From Trichodelitschia bisporula (lineage: Eukaryota), in assembly GCA_010356995.1 (NCBI GenBank), contig ML996691.1, forward strand, positions 936,174 to 1,000,173: a DNA stretch of 64,000 bases. Direction: 5' to 3'. The notes under the pieces are model-generated. The model saw only the letters and a program-made list of their open reading frames with translations. It searched no databases and was not told the DNA's origin. Shown here one piece after another: positions 1 to 13,200 of this stretch. Within the stretch, counting starts at the first letter, position 1, and each line of letters begins with the position of its first letter. A program made the translations under genes and the position numbers.

Positions 1-356
1 CTTCTGTGTCAGAATCCCGTGTGCTAACCAACTACACTATAAGACCTTCGAATTGATGAGGGCGATTCTATATCCTCTGGTACATGTAGAGCACCAAAAA
101 CGCTAAACATCAGAAAACAGGTGGGATGAGGACGAGATCGAGGCTCCATCCGCGATGATGTGGGGGATGCTGCCGCTGCGGTTACCCGACGGGAAGGCAA
201 TGCGCAACTCGGAGTAGGAGCAAACAGATGGTTTGACAGACCGGTCAGGCACATCGTATGCTATCCAGGTTACACGGTCGACGCAAGGTTCCGGGTCCCA
301 TTCCCTCAGCACTGGTATCTAGAACCACATCGCGCCATCCGAGCGGCCATAAGAAC

Positions 357-839
357 TCACGCCTTCACCTCTGCCGCCTCCTCCAGCGCCGCCCGCACAC
401 CTTCGACAACCTCATCCTCCGCTTTTCCCGGTGCGGCAGGCACAACGAGCGTCTTCTCGCGCGCCTTGTGGCCACGAGCGATAGTGACCGATGACGTTGG
501 GAGGCGGAGGACCTAACCCATCTCTCATTAGGTTCTACGCTTACACCACGACTTACGCTTTCATTCAGGGCCTGGTGCTCGATCTTGGTACCTCCATGGC
601 TTACGGTAAAGGTGGTGGAAGAAGCATACCTCGGCGATGAGCTCCCGCACCGCTTTATTCGCTTCACCGTCGCGCGCCGGCGCTGAGACACACAGCTCGA
701 TGGCCGAGGGCGCGAGGCTGAGGATGCGATCCCGCTGTTTGCGCGCGCTGGGCTTGACGTGCACGGTGAGATGGAGGCATGCTGGCGAGGGGGGTTTGGA
801 CGGGAGGAAGCGGATTGTGGGAAGCGGATTAGGAGGCAT
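357..839 (-). CDS. DUF167/UPF0235 (YggU-like) protein, 2 exons (839-630, 512-357)
   Basis: Motif LTVHVKPSA...IELCVSAPARDGEANKAVRELIAE. GT donor at 629 and TAG acceptor at 513. Exon 2 VLRLPTSSVTIARGHKAREK matches the family C-terminus. The frame is also open upstream to an ATG at 1139. Confidence 0.85.
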
Positions 840-1526
840 TATGACAGCGAAGTCAGGGCGTGGTATCCGGTAGGCATTTATGTCCGCGATCTCGATAACG
901 ACGTTAGATGGTGGTGAGGCTCTCAGCACATCCTCCGTCACCGGACCCGGCCACCGCCAGCTCGGCTTGGATCGGAAGCTTGGCTCGGAGGGCGCTGCGG
1001 CGGTGATTGGGCAGAGATTGGCGGCTCGGGAGAACCTGTACTTAGGGGACGGGAGTGGGCGAGCGACACCACGGCTGTGGGGCTTTGTTCCCCTAAAAGC
1101 ATATCTACGCGCAACGAGCGGCGAGATGAATTTGGGCATGAGAAGGTTTACGTAAAGCGGTCAGCGGGATTGGGGAGTTATGGAGTACAAATAGAGGAGG
1201 GGAGGGGGATGAGCAGTGCATTCCACGCTTTCTTTGACTTACGAAGTTGGATCAGACGGACGGAAGCAGTAGAACTAGACGTTGTATGCACATTATCTTT
1301 CTTCACCGCATCGGGCTACTACACGTGTGTCTTCTCTAAGTCTGAGTTGCTACCTCTCCTCCTTGTTACCACTGTCGTCGGCCAATTTCGCCTCGAACTC
1401 CCGACTCCGACTCCAACTTGGACGGCAACGTCCCCTCTCGACATTACTCGATCATCGCAGCGACCCTCCTACCACAGCATCTTCCATCCCTCCAGCAATA
1501 ACACTCACACTCTCCCAACCGCAACC

Positions 1527-2595
1527 ATGACCTCCGCCCCAACCCTCCAACCCCGCTTCCTCCCCTCCCGAACCGAACTCGGCCTCGTCGCCGTCGGCTT
1601 CTCCGGCGGGCAGGTACATTCCCCCCCCTCCTTCCCCACCAACCAACCCCTAACACCCCGCAGTGCAAAGACGGCGTCGACGCCGCCCCCATGGCCCTCA
1701 TCGAAGCCGGCCTCATCACGCAACTAACCTCCGAACTCGACTTCAACGTGCACTACGACGGACAAGTACACTCGTACGCCGACCTACGCCCTGAACACGA
1801 CCCCCCGCACCGCGGGATGAAGAACCCGCGCGCTGTGTCCGCGGCCACGCAGGCGCTGAGCGCGCAGGTGTACGCCCATGCGAAGGAAGGACGGTTTGTG
1901 CTCACGCTGGGCGGGGATCATAGTATCGCCATTGGCAGCGTGAGTGGTGTGCAGAAGGCGGTTAGGGAGCGGTGCGGACGGGATGTGGCGCTGGTGTGGG
2001 TGGATGCGCATGCGGATATCAACACGCCTGAGAGTTCCGGGAGTGGAAATATACATGGCATGCCAGTGGCGTTTTTGACGGGATTGGCGAGGGAGGAGGA
2101 TAAGAGTATGTTTGGGTGGTTGGAGGAGGAGGGGAAGGTGAATTTGAGGAAGATTGTGTATATTGGACTCAGGGATGTGGATCGCGGGGAGAAGAAGATT
2201 TTGAGGGAACATGGGATAAGGGCGTTTTCGATGCATGACATTGATCGGTATGTTTTATGTTTCTTTTGAAGGCAATGGCTGACGGTGATAGTCATGGCAT
2301 CGGCAAGGTCATGGATATGGCTCTCGGCTGGATCGGCAGCGACACACCCATCCACCTCTCCTTCGACGTCGATGCCCTCGACCCCATGTGGGCACCGAGC
2401 ACAGGTACACCCGTACGAGGCGGGTTGACGTTGCGCGAGGGAGATTTCATCGCCGAGTGTGTGCACGAGACTGGGAATCTGGTGGCCCTGGACCTCGTCG
2501 AGGTGAACCCCAGCCTCGAGATCACGGGCGCGCAGGAGACGGTACGGGCAGGGAACTCAATTATTCGGTGTGCTCTGGGTGACACCTTGCTCTGA
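1527..2595 (+). CDS. agaA: Arginase (3 exons)
   Basis: GFSGGQ, LGGDHSIAIG, WVDAHADINTP, GNIHGMP, SFDVDALDP and GGLTLREG ureohydrolase motifs. Introns at about 1614-1663 and 2248-2291. Confidence 0.97.
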
Positions 2596-3013
2596 AGCTC
2601 TCGCCATTGTGCTAGAAGTTTTTACCGCCAGTAGGGTGGGGTGGTTCGTGGGCAAGATGGGTTGGCGTTGTGCGGTGGCTTTGGGTTAGATTTGGCTTCA
2701 GCCTTGTGGAAGACTTGTATGACCAGCATACGTTCTATCGCTAGTGAGGCTCTGCGGGTGGAGTTAACTTCGTGGATTAGTTTCCTATGAGATTAGAATG
2801 ATGCATCATTTACTTGATTATCTTCGTCCGCTTATCCTACGTTTGAAGGTGCTGACAAGCCTCGTGCAGCTGTGATGTCATGCCCCGCCCCTGTGGTGGT
2901 GGGGCACTTATCGCAACGAGCTCTACAGCAACAAACATGATCCCGAGCGATTGACGCTCCTTTATCTCCTTAACCTTTCAACTTTCCATCGTAGACACAC
3001 CTCTCCGTCTTCA

Positions 3014-4839
3014 ATGGCATCCCTCGTCCGCTCACGCCTCCGCGCGTCGTTACCGGCGTCTCCCGCCCTATCGCGCTGTATCTTCGCGCCCGTCCAACGC
3101 CGCAGCATAACCATAGAAGGCCTCGACAGCACCAAAAGGGGTATTCATCATCCCAACCCGCGTTCTCTACAAGCCAACTGACCCTTCCGCAGGTCGCGAA
3201 CGCGTCCTAATCCTCGGTTCAGGCTGGTCCGGCTTCACCCTCGCACAGCGCCTCGACGCCTCCAAATACCAACCCGTCGTCGTCTCTCCACGCTCCTACT
3301 TCGTCTTCACACCTTTACTCGCGAGCACAAGCGTTGGCACGCTCGAATTCCGCACAGCCCTCGAGCCCGTACGGCGGAAGCGGAGAGGCAAGGGAAGCGA
3401 GGTGGAATATGTGCAAGGCTGGGCGGACCGGGTGGATTTTGCGCAGCGGACGGTGGAGGTCGAAGAGGCGGTTGAGGATCCGAGGATTGGCCTGGCGATG
3501 ACGGGGGAGGGGAAGAGGACGGAGGAGGAGGTGAAGGATGAGAAACGGAAGGGAAAGGTTTTTAAGCTTGAGTGGGATAAGCTCGTGGTGAGCGTCGGGT
3601 GCTATGTGGAGACGTTTGGCACGCCAGGGGTTAGGGAGCATGCGCTGTTCTTGAAGGATGTGGGCGATGCGAGGAAAATTCGCAATCGGTTGCTGGCTTG
3701 TAGGTTTCACACCTGGGGGAGAGGAAACGGGCTGACGAGCCAGGCTTCGAGATGGCGGCCCTGCCGACCACGACGGATGAAATGCGCAAGGAGCTGCTCA
3801 ACTTCGCCATCGTTGGCGGTGGCCGTACGTCCCTCCCCCGTTTCCCCTCTCCATTCTTCTAACCCTCTCAGCTACCGGTATCGAGTTCTCGGCCGAGCTA
3901 CACGACATCATAAGCGAAGACCTGTCCCGCGTCTACCCCGAGTTAGTCCCCTTCACCAACATCACCGTATACGATGTCGCACCACAGGTACTCTCCATGT
4001 TCGACGCCGAGCTAGGCAAATACGCTATGAAGACGTTTCGGCGTGAGGGGATCAATATCCGGACGGAGCACCATGTGGAGTGTCTACGACGCGGCCCGCC
4101 GAGCGGGAGCGAGGATGTGAGGAATGGGGACGGGGTGTATACGCTTAAGGTCAAGGAGGTGGGCGAAATTGGCGTCGGCATGGTGGTCTGGTCGACGGGG
4201 CTGATGATGAATCCGTTCGTAAAGCGGGCACTGACCGAGGTGCAGCCGCTGCCGAAGGAGGGGGTTGAGGTCAGGAACGTGGAGGCGAAGGATACGCAAG
4301 ACATCACCTGGCGGGTGAAGAAGCATCCCAAGATTGGGTCTGTGATTACAGATGAACATATGCGGGTGATGCTCGAAGGCGAAAGAAAGGCCAAGGGCGC
4401 GGGCGAGGGAGAGGGAGGAACGAGCGATGAGCCGCCGCGCGCCATCCTCAATGACGTCTTCGCCCTCGGCGACTGCGCCTCCATCGAGGGCACCATGTAC
4501 CCGGCCACAGCGCAGGTGGCTTCTCAAAAGGCGGAGTGGCTCGCGAAGAGGCTTAACAAGGGTGATATTGGGCAGACGGCGTTCCACTGGCGGAATATGG
4601 GGGTTATGGCGTATCTGGGAAACTGGAATGCTATTCTGCAGGGCGCTGGGAGGGGTATATCTGGGCGTACGGCGTTCTTGATCTGGAGAGGGGCATATCT
4701 GACGAAGAGTGTCAGCTGGAGGAATAAGGTGAGTTTGCTCCCTCTCTATGGGTCGTGGGTATACTGATGCGGACAGATTCTGATCCCGACTTACTGGTTT
4801 ATCAACTGGGTCTTTGGACGGGACATGTCAAGATTCTAA
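3014..4839 (+). CDS. Type II (alternative) mitochondrial NADH:ubiquinone oxidoreductase, multi-exon
   Basis: Arg/Ser-rich presequence, ILGSGWSG FAD motif, FVFTPLLASTSVGTLEFR, IVGGGP-TGIEFSAELHD, ALGDC, ATAQVASQKA, C-terminal WFINWVFGRDMSRF*. Confidence 0.93.
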
Positions 4840-5070
4840 TGACGGGTTGTCAGGTGGGAAGATCAGTTGACAGTGAACGGAGCGCATTGCGGAAACGCCA
4901 ATTGAGTAATTGAATCCTCCATGCCTCCCAGTCCGTACCCAGCGGTCTGCCCAGAGTGATCCACCTAATAAATCCAAAGACCAGATAACCTCCATTGCAT
5001 ATCCCTCCCATCCTGCAGTAACCCAGCATGCAAAATCCAACGCCCGCAAACTCCCAATCCCAGCATCAAG

Positions 5071-6960
5071 CTAGTTCGTATGTCGATGCACCGGCGCCAC
5101 CTTGGAAGGGGCATTAACACTCGACCCACTCCGCCTCGCGTCTCCACTCCCCATAACAGCCGTCGTAACACTCCTCCTCAGCTCATCCCCACTCGCCCTC
5201 ATTCCATCAAACCCCGCCACACTCTCCCCGCTCCCCGTACTCACAACATCCTCCGGCACCCCATCAATCCTAACCTTGCATATGATAGCCGGCTTCCCCT
5301 CCGCCTCCCTTCCACTCCCGGACGGATGCCACTTCAACTCCACATCCACATCCAGGCGCAAAACGCGGGTCGTGTCCGTCCGCTCCACCCCTTCCCACAA
5401 ACTTTGCATCCCATGCAGACTTCCCGGCGCCTCAAGGACATTACACCATATCTGCCTCCGAACGTGCCCAACCACCAGCACGAAACTCCTCCCGCCATGT
5501 TCCCGCGCCTTAAACAGCAGCGCAACATGCGCCGCAGTCAACGCCAGCAACCTCTGACTCCCCTCATACAACCCATCCGGAAACGAAATAACCCCCCCAG
5601 CCTCACTCCAACTCCGCGGCGGATACGCCCCACCAACGTGATACCGGGGCCGACTCGCCCTATCCAGCCGCAACCCAATCCGAAGCCCCAGATTCACCCC
5701 GCTGAGCACAAACTCCTTGACAAAAATCACCGTATTGGTCAGTGACTTGAAAATCGGAAACCGATACGCGCTCACGGGCCGTGGCCTCGAGGACCCCAGC
5801 CGCGCGAACCGCGTCTGCTGCGCCGGCATCCGCACGAGCAGGATACACAGCTCGTCGGTCGGCGGCGCAGGCGCCGGGCTGCCCGACCCCGACCCCGGGG
5901 TCGACTTCGGCCCAGCCCCGTCCTCCTCGCTCCGCTCAACGCGGCACGAGAGCAGTGCGACGTACGGCCCGCGGAGCCCGAGCTCGGCGAGCTGGTACTT
6001 GTCCTGCTGATCGGCGATCGGGCCACCGAGGCGCAGCTCGATGCGCAAGCCGCGGTTCGTGAGGGCATATGGATTGGAGGACAGAAGCCCGGGACTGGGG
6101 ACTATGTCACCAGATTCCGCGAATTCAGCCGGAGAGCGGGCGAAGAGGCCGCGCAGGCGGAGTGCGCCAGACCAGGGCTGCCTGGAGCCCCAGGCGAAGA
6201 TGGATTGGTCCTCGGAGTCTTTGATTATTTCTTCCTGCAGGCGGAGGAAGGCCTTGTTGCCCTCGCCGTAGAGGAGGGGCATGTTGACGTTGAAGATTCC
6301 GAGGAGGCAGTATGCCGTGTCTTCGAGGCGTGTGGTTGTGCGTTGTGACGCCCAGGACATTTTCTTAGCCACCGAAGCGTGCCGTAGGTCCTTCCCGTCG
6401 AGATACGCGACGTCGATTCCAGTGATGCGCGCGATGGTATGCCGCATCTTGCTCCGCGTGCCGATGAACGTCCAGTCCTTGCTATAAAAGCGCACGTCCG
6501 GCGGCGCAAGCAACTCCTGCAGCGTCCAGCCACGCTGGAACCAGCGCGCGGCATACAAATGCCTAAGCCATTTCTCGCTAGGCGTTTTGGGAGGCACGTC
6601 AGCGAGGAAGGCGTAGCACACGCGCGCGCCTTGGTACCAGCGGAACATGCTGTTGATGGCCTCGCTCAGGTCCGTCAGGCTGTTTTTGTTGATGCAGCAC
6701 GTGTCTACCCACACGTAGTCGATTTCGTCGGCGAGGGCTTGCCGGCAACTGGATTCGATCTTGAAGAAGCCGGTTTTTTTGGCGGTCTCGATGTGGGGTT
6801 TCTCGTCGCCGGCGCTGGCGCGCTCGGCGGCTTCGAGCATGTCGGCGAAGGTTACTTCCTCTGTGATGGAGCCCCATGTGTGGGATAGGATGGCGTAGCG
6901 CGGGATTTCGTTGTCGGCGAATTCGCGCAGCTGGATGGTTTTGGCGTCGAGGAGCCACAT
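5071..6960 (-). CDS. HET-domain (heterokaryon incompatibility, TIR-like) protein, intronless, 629 aa
   Basis: YAILSHTW, WVDTCCINK, SEAINSMFRWY, WFQRGWTLQELLAP, RTTTRLEDTAYCLLGIF, LLYGEG.KAF.RLQEEI, DQSIFAW. Confidence 0.95.
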   Translation of the reverse strand: MWLLDAKTIQLREFADNEIPRYAILSHTWGSITEEVTFADMLEAAERASAGDEKPHIETAKKTGFFKIESSCRQALADEIDYVWVDTCCINKNSLTDLSEAINSMFRWYQGARVCYAFLADVPPKTPSEKWLRHLYAARWFQRGWTLQELLAPPDVRFYSKDWTFIGTRSKMRHTIARITGIDVAYLDGKDLRHASVAKKMSWASQRTTTRLEDTAYCLLGIFNVNMPLLYGEGNKAFLRLQEEIIKDSEDQSIFAWGSRQPWSGALRLRGLFARSPAEFAESGDIVPSPGLLSSNPYALTNRGLRIELRLGGPIADQQDKYQLAELGLRGPYVALLSCRVERSEEDGAGPKSTPGSGSGSPAPAPPTDELCILLVRMPAQQTRFARLGSSRPRPVSAYRFPIFKSLTNTVIFVKEFVLSGVNLGLRIGLRLDRASRPRYHVGGAYPPRSWSEAGGVISFPDGLYEGSQRLLALTAAHVALLFKAREHGGRSFVLVVGHVRRQIWCNVLEAPGSLHGMQSLWEGVERTDTTRVLRLDVDVELKWHPSGSGREAEGKPAIICKVRIDGVPEDVVSTGSGESVAGFDGMRASGDELRRSVTTAVMGSGDARRSGSSVNAPSKVAPVHRHTN

Positions 6961-7928
6961 GGTGGTTGTCGGATGTGGAGACGGATGATGGGTTGAGTAC
7001 GAACAAGGCTGTACAGCTCAGGCCTTGCAGATAGCGATGTCCTATATGGTAAAGTGGTGTCCCTCGTGCTTCCGGAAGAGCCGCTAGCGGGTACGGTTTA
7101 CTAGTCCTCGAAATCCAGTTGAAACATAGTGATTGCGCGCGGGCTTGCGCAGGCGTGCGTGGCCGACGCGATGCCACGACGTCGGTTGGTGCCCGCACTG
7201 CACGGTGCATGCTGCATGAGCTGGGATATAACCCCACTGACCATTGATATTTCATTCTGGTCGAGATGGCGCTATGTTCCGCTTGGTCTCATTCGCACCC
7301 GAAGTTTTCTCCGCAGGTCTCGTTGGGCACTGCTCGGGCGACTACGTTGACTTGTTGTTCGGAGCCGCATGATGGCGAACGCAAGTACTCGTCCGAGGAA
7401 TCCGTGAGGCGAGGTACCTTGCGAGGTCAGCATGACTTTTTTTCTGATGCGTTGTCATATGAATGTCCTCCGAAAATACTGATTGATCGCGCAGAGCCTC
7501 AATCACTGCCAATCGAAAGGTTAGACGCAGGGTTGATCTCCGGTGTAACCCACGCTAGCATCTCGCTGATAGAGTCTTGAATGAACGTCACGCGAGTACT
7601 GCAATGTCAACAGTCACCCTCCATCCACAGCTCAATTGGCTCCCAAAAACCTGCAGTTAGATACCTCACTAAGCCCTAGTAGAAGTCTCGAAGGCCACTC
7701 ACAAGCAGCCCGAATGCCCGAGACACATGGCCATACGAATCGGCTGCTGGAAGTCAAAGAGACATGAAGAAAAGCTCGGTCAGCCCGACAGAAGGACCCC
7801 GGCACCATAACGCCATAACACGCTTCCAGCCGCCCTTGAAAATCTGTTAACACAAGCAGCGAAGAATCATTCCGGTCACAAAACTTCAAACACTCTCCTC
7901 CCTCTGTCACATATTCCATCACCCCTGC

Positions 7929-8504
<576 letters not shown>

Positions 8505-9604
8505 TTAAGCGTCAGCGCAAGTGGCTTCTTGTAGGAAGTGAGGAGAGTCGCCCGGAGTTATGCGCGGGATGAAAGGATGCGGGATGCGGGGAGATGTGCG
8601 TTCGAGGATCTGACACGCGGAGGGGCGGCTAAATGTCGCGGTCGATTCGTAGGCGTCTGTTACACAGCCACAATTTCTGGCAGCACGCGGCATCGCCCCT
8701 TCAGGGCGGCCATTGTCACGTGGTTCGGCGCCTTGAAGCTTACCCGTTGTCCTCGGCAGCCTCGGCAGCTTCGGCATATTCCAATCGACGGTCATCGAGA
8801 TAAGCCTCAAGCACCGTAAGAAGCTTAAGTCTGCTAATGCACCGGGAGAGGGAAAATTAGTTCGTTCGGGATGGCTGGGGATGAGTGTTTTATTATTCCG
8901 ATCCCGATCCCGAGAGCATGGGTAACATGTCGTCACTCTCTCGTAAGTCGTCCTTTCCTTCTCCACACTCCAGGGCAAGAATGAATTGGAAAGAGACCCT
9001 TCCCAAAAGAGTAAAAGACCGGCACAGCCAAGCAAAGCTAAATTCCTTGTAGAGGAAAGTTCAACCAACTTTTTGGTGGGGGCCGCTTGCCGAATCCCGC
9101 TCCTTCATCGGCCATCGTGCCTGCCACCCTTCCCGCCCCGCGCACAAGGCCCAGCCTCCCGGGGCCGGTATTGATTTGCGTCAAGGCCTGCTTCCCAGTT
9201 GTCTCACAAGAGCTCCCACCTCCCACTGAGGCTCGTCTCGCTTCTTTCCCATCCTCCATCTCATCTCAAAATATCGACTTTCGCACATTTCCATCTCACC
9301 CAAACTGCCTTCTTTTTGCCTCGCATCTCCATCTGTCGTTCACATAACCTCACCCCCCGTCAAGTGTCTAACGAACGCGCTGTCGCATCCCGAGAGCGAC
9401 CCTTGCTGATCTTTCGGAGGGTCAAAGCTTGTAGCCGCGACAACCAAGTTGTCGGAGTACACACCGGATCGTCATTACAACAACACGATACTCTCAACCC
9501 CCACCACCTGCACCCTCCCTTCCCGTCTCGCGCGCATCCGCATCTCATCCCATCGCGCACCTACCCGCGACCCCTCCCTCCCCTGATTTTGGGACGCGCA
9601 CCCA

Positions 9605-10266
9605 ATGGCTCCAATCTTCGGCGCGTCAGCGCCGCTCAACACACCCGCGACGCCGCTCCCACGGGCAGCCGACGTCGCCGCATACCTCTCTTCGGCCGCG
9701 CGCTCTCTCGCATCGCATGTCGCATCGCGCCGCTCCATCCTCCCACTCAACCGCCGCCAAACCACCACCGCCGACCAAACCGTCGGCATCATCCCAGCGG
9801 GCTACGCCAAGCTCAACGACGGCCCGGCTCCAGGCACGGTAGTGGGCATAGTGCTTGGATCCGTAGCCGGCTTCCTTTTGCTTATCTACCTGATAAGCAT
9901 GGCAACTGGCAATAATAATTTTTCTCAGCCGGTTGAAGAAGAGATTGTGCGCGTGGAGCGGCCTGCGCAGCGGCGGCGCTCGCATCGAAATAGCGGCTCG
10001 ATACGCGGCTCTGTGGCGCGCAGCCGGTCGCCGCGTCGCATCATTGTCGAGGAGCGGAGGGAAATGTCGGGTGGCCGGCCGAGCATAATAGTCGACGAGC
10101 GGCGCGGCAGCAGGCCTCCGAGCAGACACCATGAGGTTGTTGAGGTCTTTGAGGAGGGAAGCTCCATTGATATGCCCCCCCGGCGGCACCGGAGGAGAAG
10201 CAGTGGTGGTTACAGGTTAGTTCCCACGTCCTTTTGATTATAGCTGTTGCTAACCGTCAGATAGCA
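9605..10266 (+). CDS. Uncharacterised single-pass membrane protein with Arg/Ser-rich cytoplasmic tail; 3' end approximate (intron near 10216)
   Basis: 210-aa ORF with TM segment GTVVGIVLGSVAGFLLLIYLISM. GTTAGT...GCTAAC...CAG intron signals at the end. Confidence 0.7.
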
Positions 10267-13200
10267 GCAGATATTAGACTCTCACCCCGGATTAGATGGC
10301 GGAGTGTTTGGCGGTAATCTTCTGGTACAAAACTTTGGCTTACCTTCTGGAATTTCTCCCGGACGGATCATCGGCAAAAGACTTTTGGTCTCGGCTCGGT
10401 TGGAACCAGATTGATCTCACTATTGGAAACTATGCTTCCATTGTTTTAGAAGGTAGTTGATCGTGCTTTTCCTGTGGCTGTGTTTTTGCATTTTCGGCGA
10501 GTCGCCGGATGGCAGAGTAAATACCCGGTTGGGCTGCATGTGGGGAGGGAGGGGTCCTGCGTTTGGATGAGCTGGTGTTTGATATTGGACCGGGAGTGGC
10601 ATGGCCGGTAACGGATAAGGAAGGGACATGAGTTATGGAAGAGATGGAGTTGAGAGGGAATGAGTACATGATATATGGTATGGATGATGCCATGCTGCCG
10701 CAAAACTTCTTGATATCTTTGGGTCGCCGTACCGCATTCGGTTCGTCCAGCGACGAACCTTGCTTGCTGTTGCGCATCTACAGCCTTGTGTTTCTAGTTA
10801 GGACGTAATGCTAGTTTGTGGCTGCCTAGGTGCCTGTGTGCCTTTGTGCTAGCCTTTGTGAGCTTTGTTCTGATTGTTCAGACATCGGGATGACGACCGA
10901 TGAAGTCCGTCCTTGTGCTTCTTTGACAACCCTTTCCTTGTGCGGAATGATAGCTGCAGTCTGGTAAGAGTGGCATGTGAGAGATTTGTTCTCGATTTTT
11001 GGTACATTTGAATTCTCCACCGACAGTTCTGGTTTAATTTTAGGGTTGAGCTTGCACATGAACAAAAATCAGGGTAGAAAAAGGACCAGCTGCTTCTTGG
11101 ATGGATTCCCGGATGGATATCATTCAGGACAAGCTCCAAACTTCCAGGAAGAGGGAAACATATACATCCGTAACGAGAAGAAGAGGGATATGGTACATCG
11201 GCAATATTGGACCCAAGATGCTTTCCATTACGAGACATGGGGCTCGAGGTAGAATGACGGCATTCTTGGCATCTGATACTCAGCTTCAGTTCCACTAGAA
11301 GTGAAGAATCATAAATCCAGCGATGGTATCTGGACAAAGGATGGAGCGTTTAGACGACATATTGGTGAAGACTGGGGAACAAAGCCTATCTTCACCAACT
11401 GATCCCAACACAGCACGAGGCAAACAACGCTTCATAAGCACATGGCCGACCTCAGCCAGCCTCCATCGATTGCGACATTGAATCACAACTCACTGGCCCG
11501 TACAGTTAGCCCGCCGCCGTTTTGAGGAGTAGGACAGCACGCCATCCAGCTGGATGCAAGCCTCAACGGCAGCGCAGTGCCTCGCATGGCATGGCATCTC
11601 AGCCTCCGGGTTGCTCAGTGCTGGCACAGGCAGCGTTTCGTTCCCCCGCACCATCACGATCTTCTAAACATGCAACGCAGCGCCAGCGTAGGAAACGGCA
11701 TGAATGCGAGTGGTTTGATCTGCTGGTTATGCTTTTGGATGGGGTGGATCTGTTTGTGTCTGCTGCACTTGATGTTCAGCTGGCCGCCGGCATTCCCCAC
11801 GTGTTTGCAGACAACACCGTACGGTCTGGACTCAGCGATCTCGCCATGGTCAGCACTGCGGCGGCGGCCCTGCGGCGGGCATATTCAACGTTACACGGCA
11901 TGGCATTTTCTTCTGGAATGTTCAAGTGTAACGCAACGCAACGCTCCACAACACAACCCACGCCTCGCTGACGCGGTGGCGAAGAAAAAAAGGTCTTCAC
12001 CCAGAGTCACATACGAGGCAATAGCCCGAGTAAAACTCCATAGCGACTCGGCATTGGCTCTTCGTATTAGCAAGCGATCGGGTCAGAAGCTCGAGAAAAG
12101 TAGCACCGTCTGTGGTTCTTTAAGTCTGAGCATGGGGGTTTGGGGTGGGTGGAGCTGAATGGGCTATGAATAGGCAGCACAGCCACGCTGTGGGTCACTA
12201 GCGGGCCTTTAGACATAGATGGCGTGTACACCAGCCACGGCCCGCGGTCTGCGGTTTGAGGCCGACGGCGGCGCCGACGGCGATGGCGATAGTAAGACTG
12301 AGCGTGGCAGTCTCTGGATAGCAAAGCAGTTGCGCATATGCGTCGCTGCGTCGAGATGCTGGGCTCAACGACAGCGCGCGCGAGGAAGAGCGCTTAATCG
12401 AAAGCCATGGGTGATGTCACCACGATCGTCAGGTCGAGAGGGGGTTCATATTGATGGGTTATTGACAGGCCGCGGGGATTATGCGCCGAACAAGGAGCGC
12501 TCGGAGATATTCCCCAGCAGTCGCTCACTACGGATCGTACTATCGGCTCGGAGGGGCCCGTGGTGTCGAGGGGGCATACGCAAAGCGGTTTGCTGACAGG
12601 CGGCACGCGGCTTCAACTCTGCTGCGGCATCCATGGTGAGAGGGACCGGCAGAACCGGGGGGTGTTAAGGAAGGGAGACGGTGTGAGTGGTTCTTGCCGT
12701 GGCCACCCTGGCCAGAAAAATAGAGGGTAGCAGGGCGCAGCAGGCATTTCTACTCGCTGACATGGCTGTCAATAGTCGCTGGGGGTGGCCATGGGTGTAA
12801 CTGGTAACTGGGAGGGCATGTCGTAACACCATTGATGGTCGCCCAAGGAAGTCTTAATAATCGCCTTGCCTTCCTTCACCTCATAACTCTTTCTTAACTT
12901 CGTAGACAAAACACCACAACCATCGTCAGAGAAACAATAGTCGTGGCGACTCTCTGCTTAATTTGTATCTGCACCCACAAAGGCCCGACTCCTTTTCCCG
13001 TGCCTGACGCCAAGCTAGCGCGCGTCCTCTCTCCACTAGGCCTCGACCACCCCCCCCCCGGCCGTACCTTGAAACAGCCACTCCCTTTTCCGCTTCAGAT
13101 TCTCCACTCTCCTCTCCCTGTTCCTTCCCTTCATCCTCTCTCCCCCAGGCGAAGCGACCCCGTTTCCTCTCGTCTTCAAACCTCCACACCACTACTCTCT

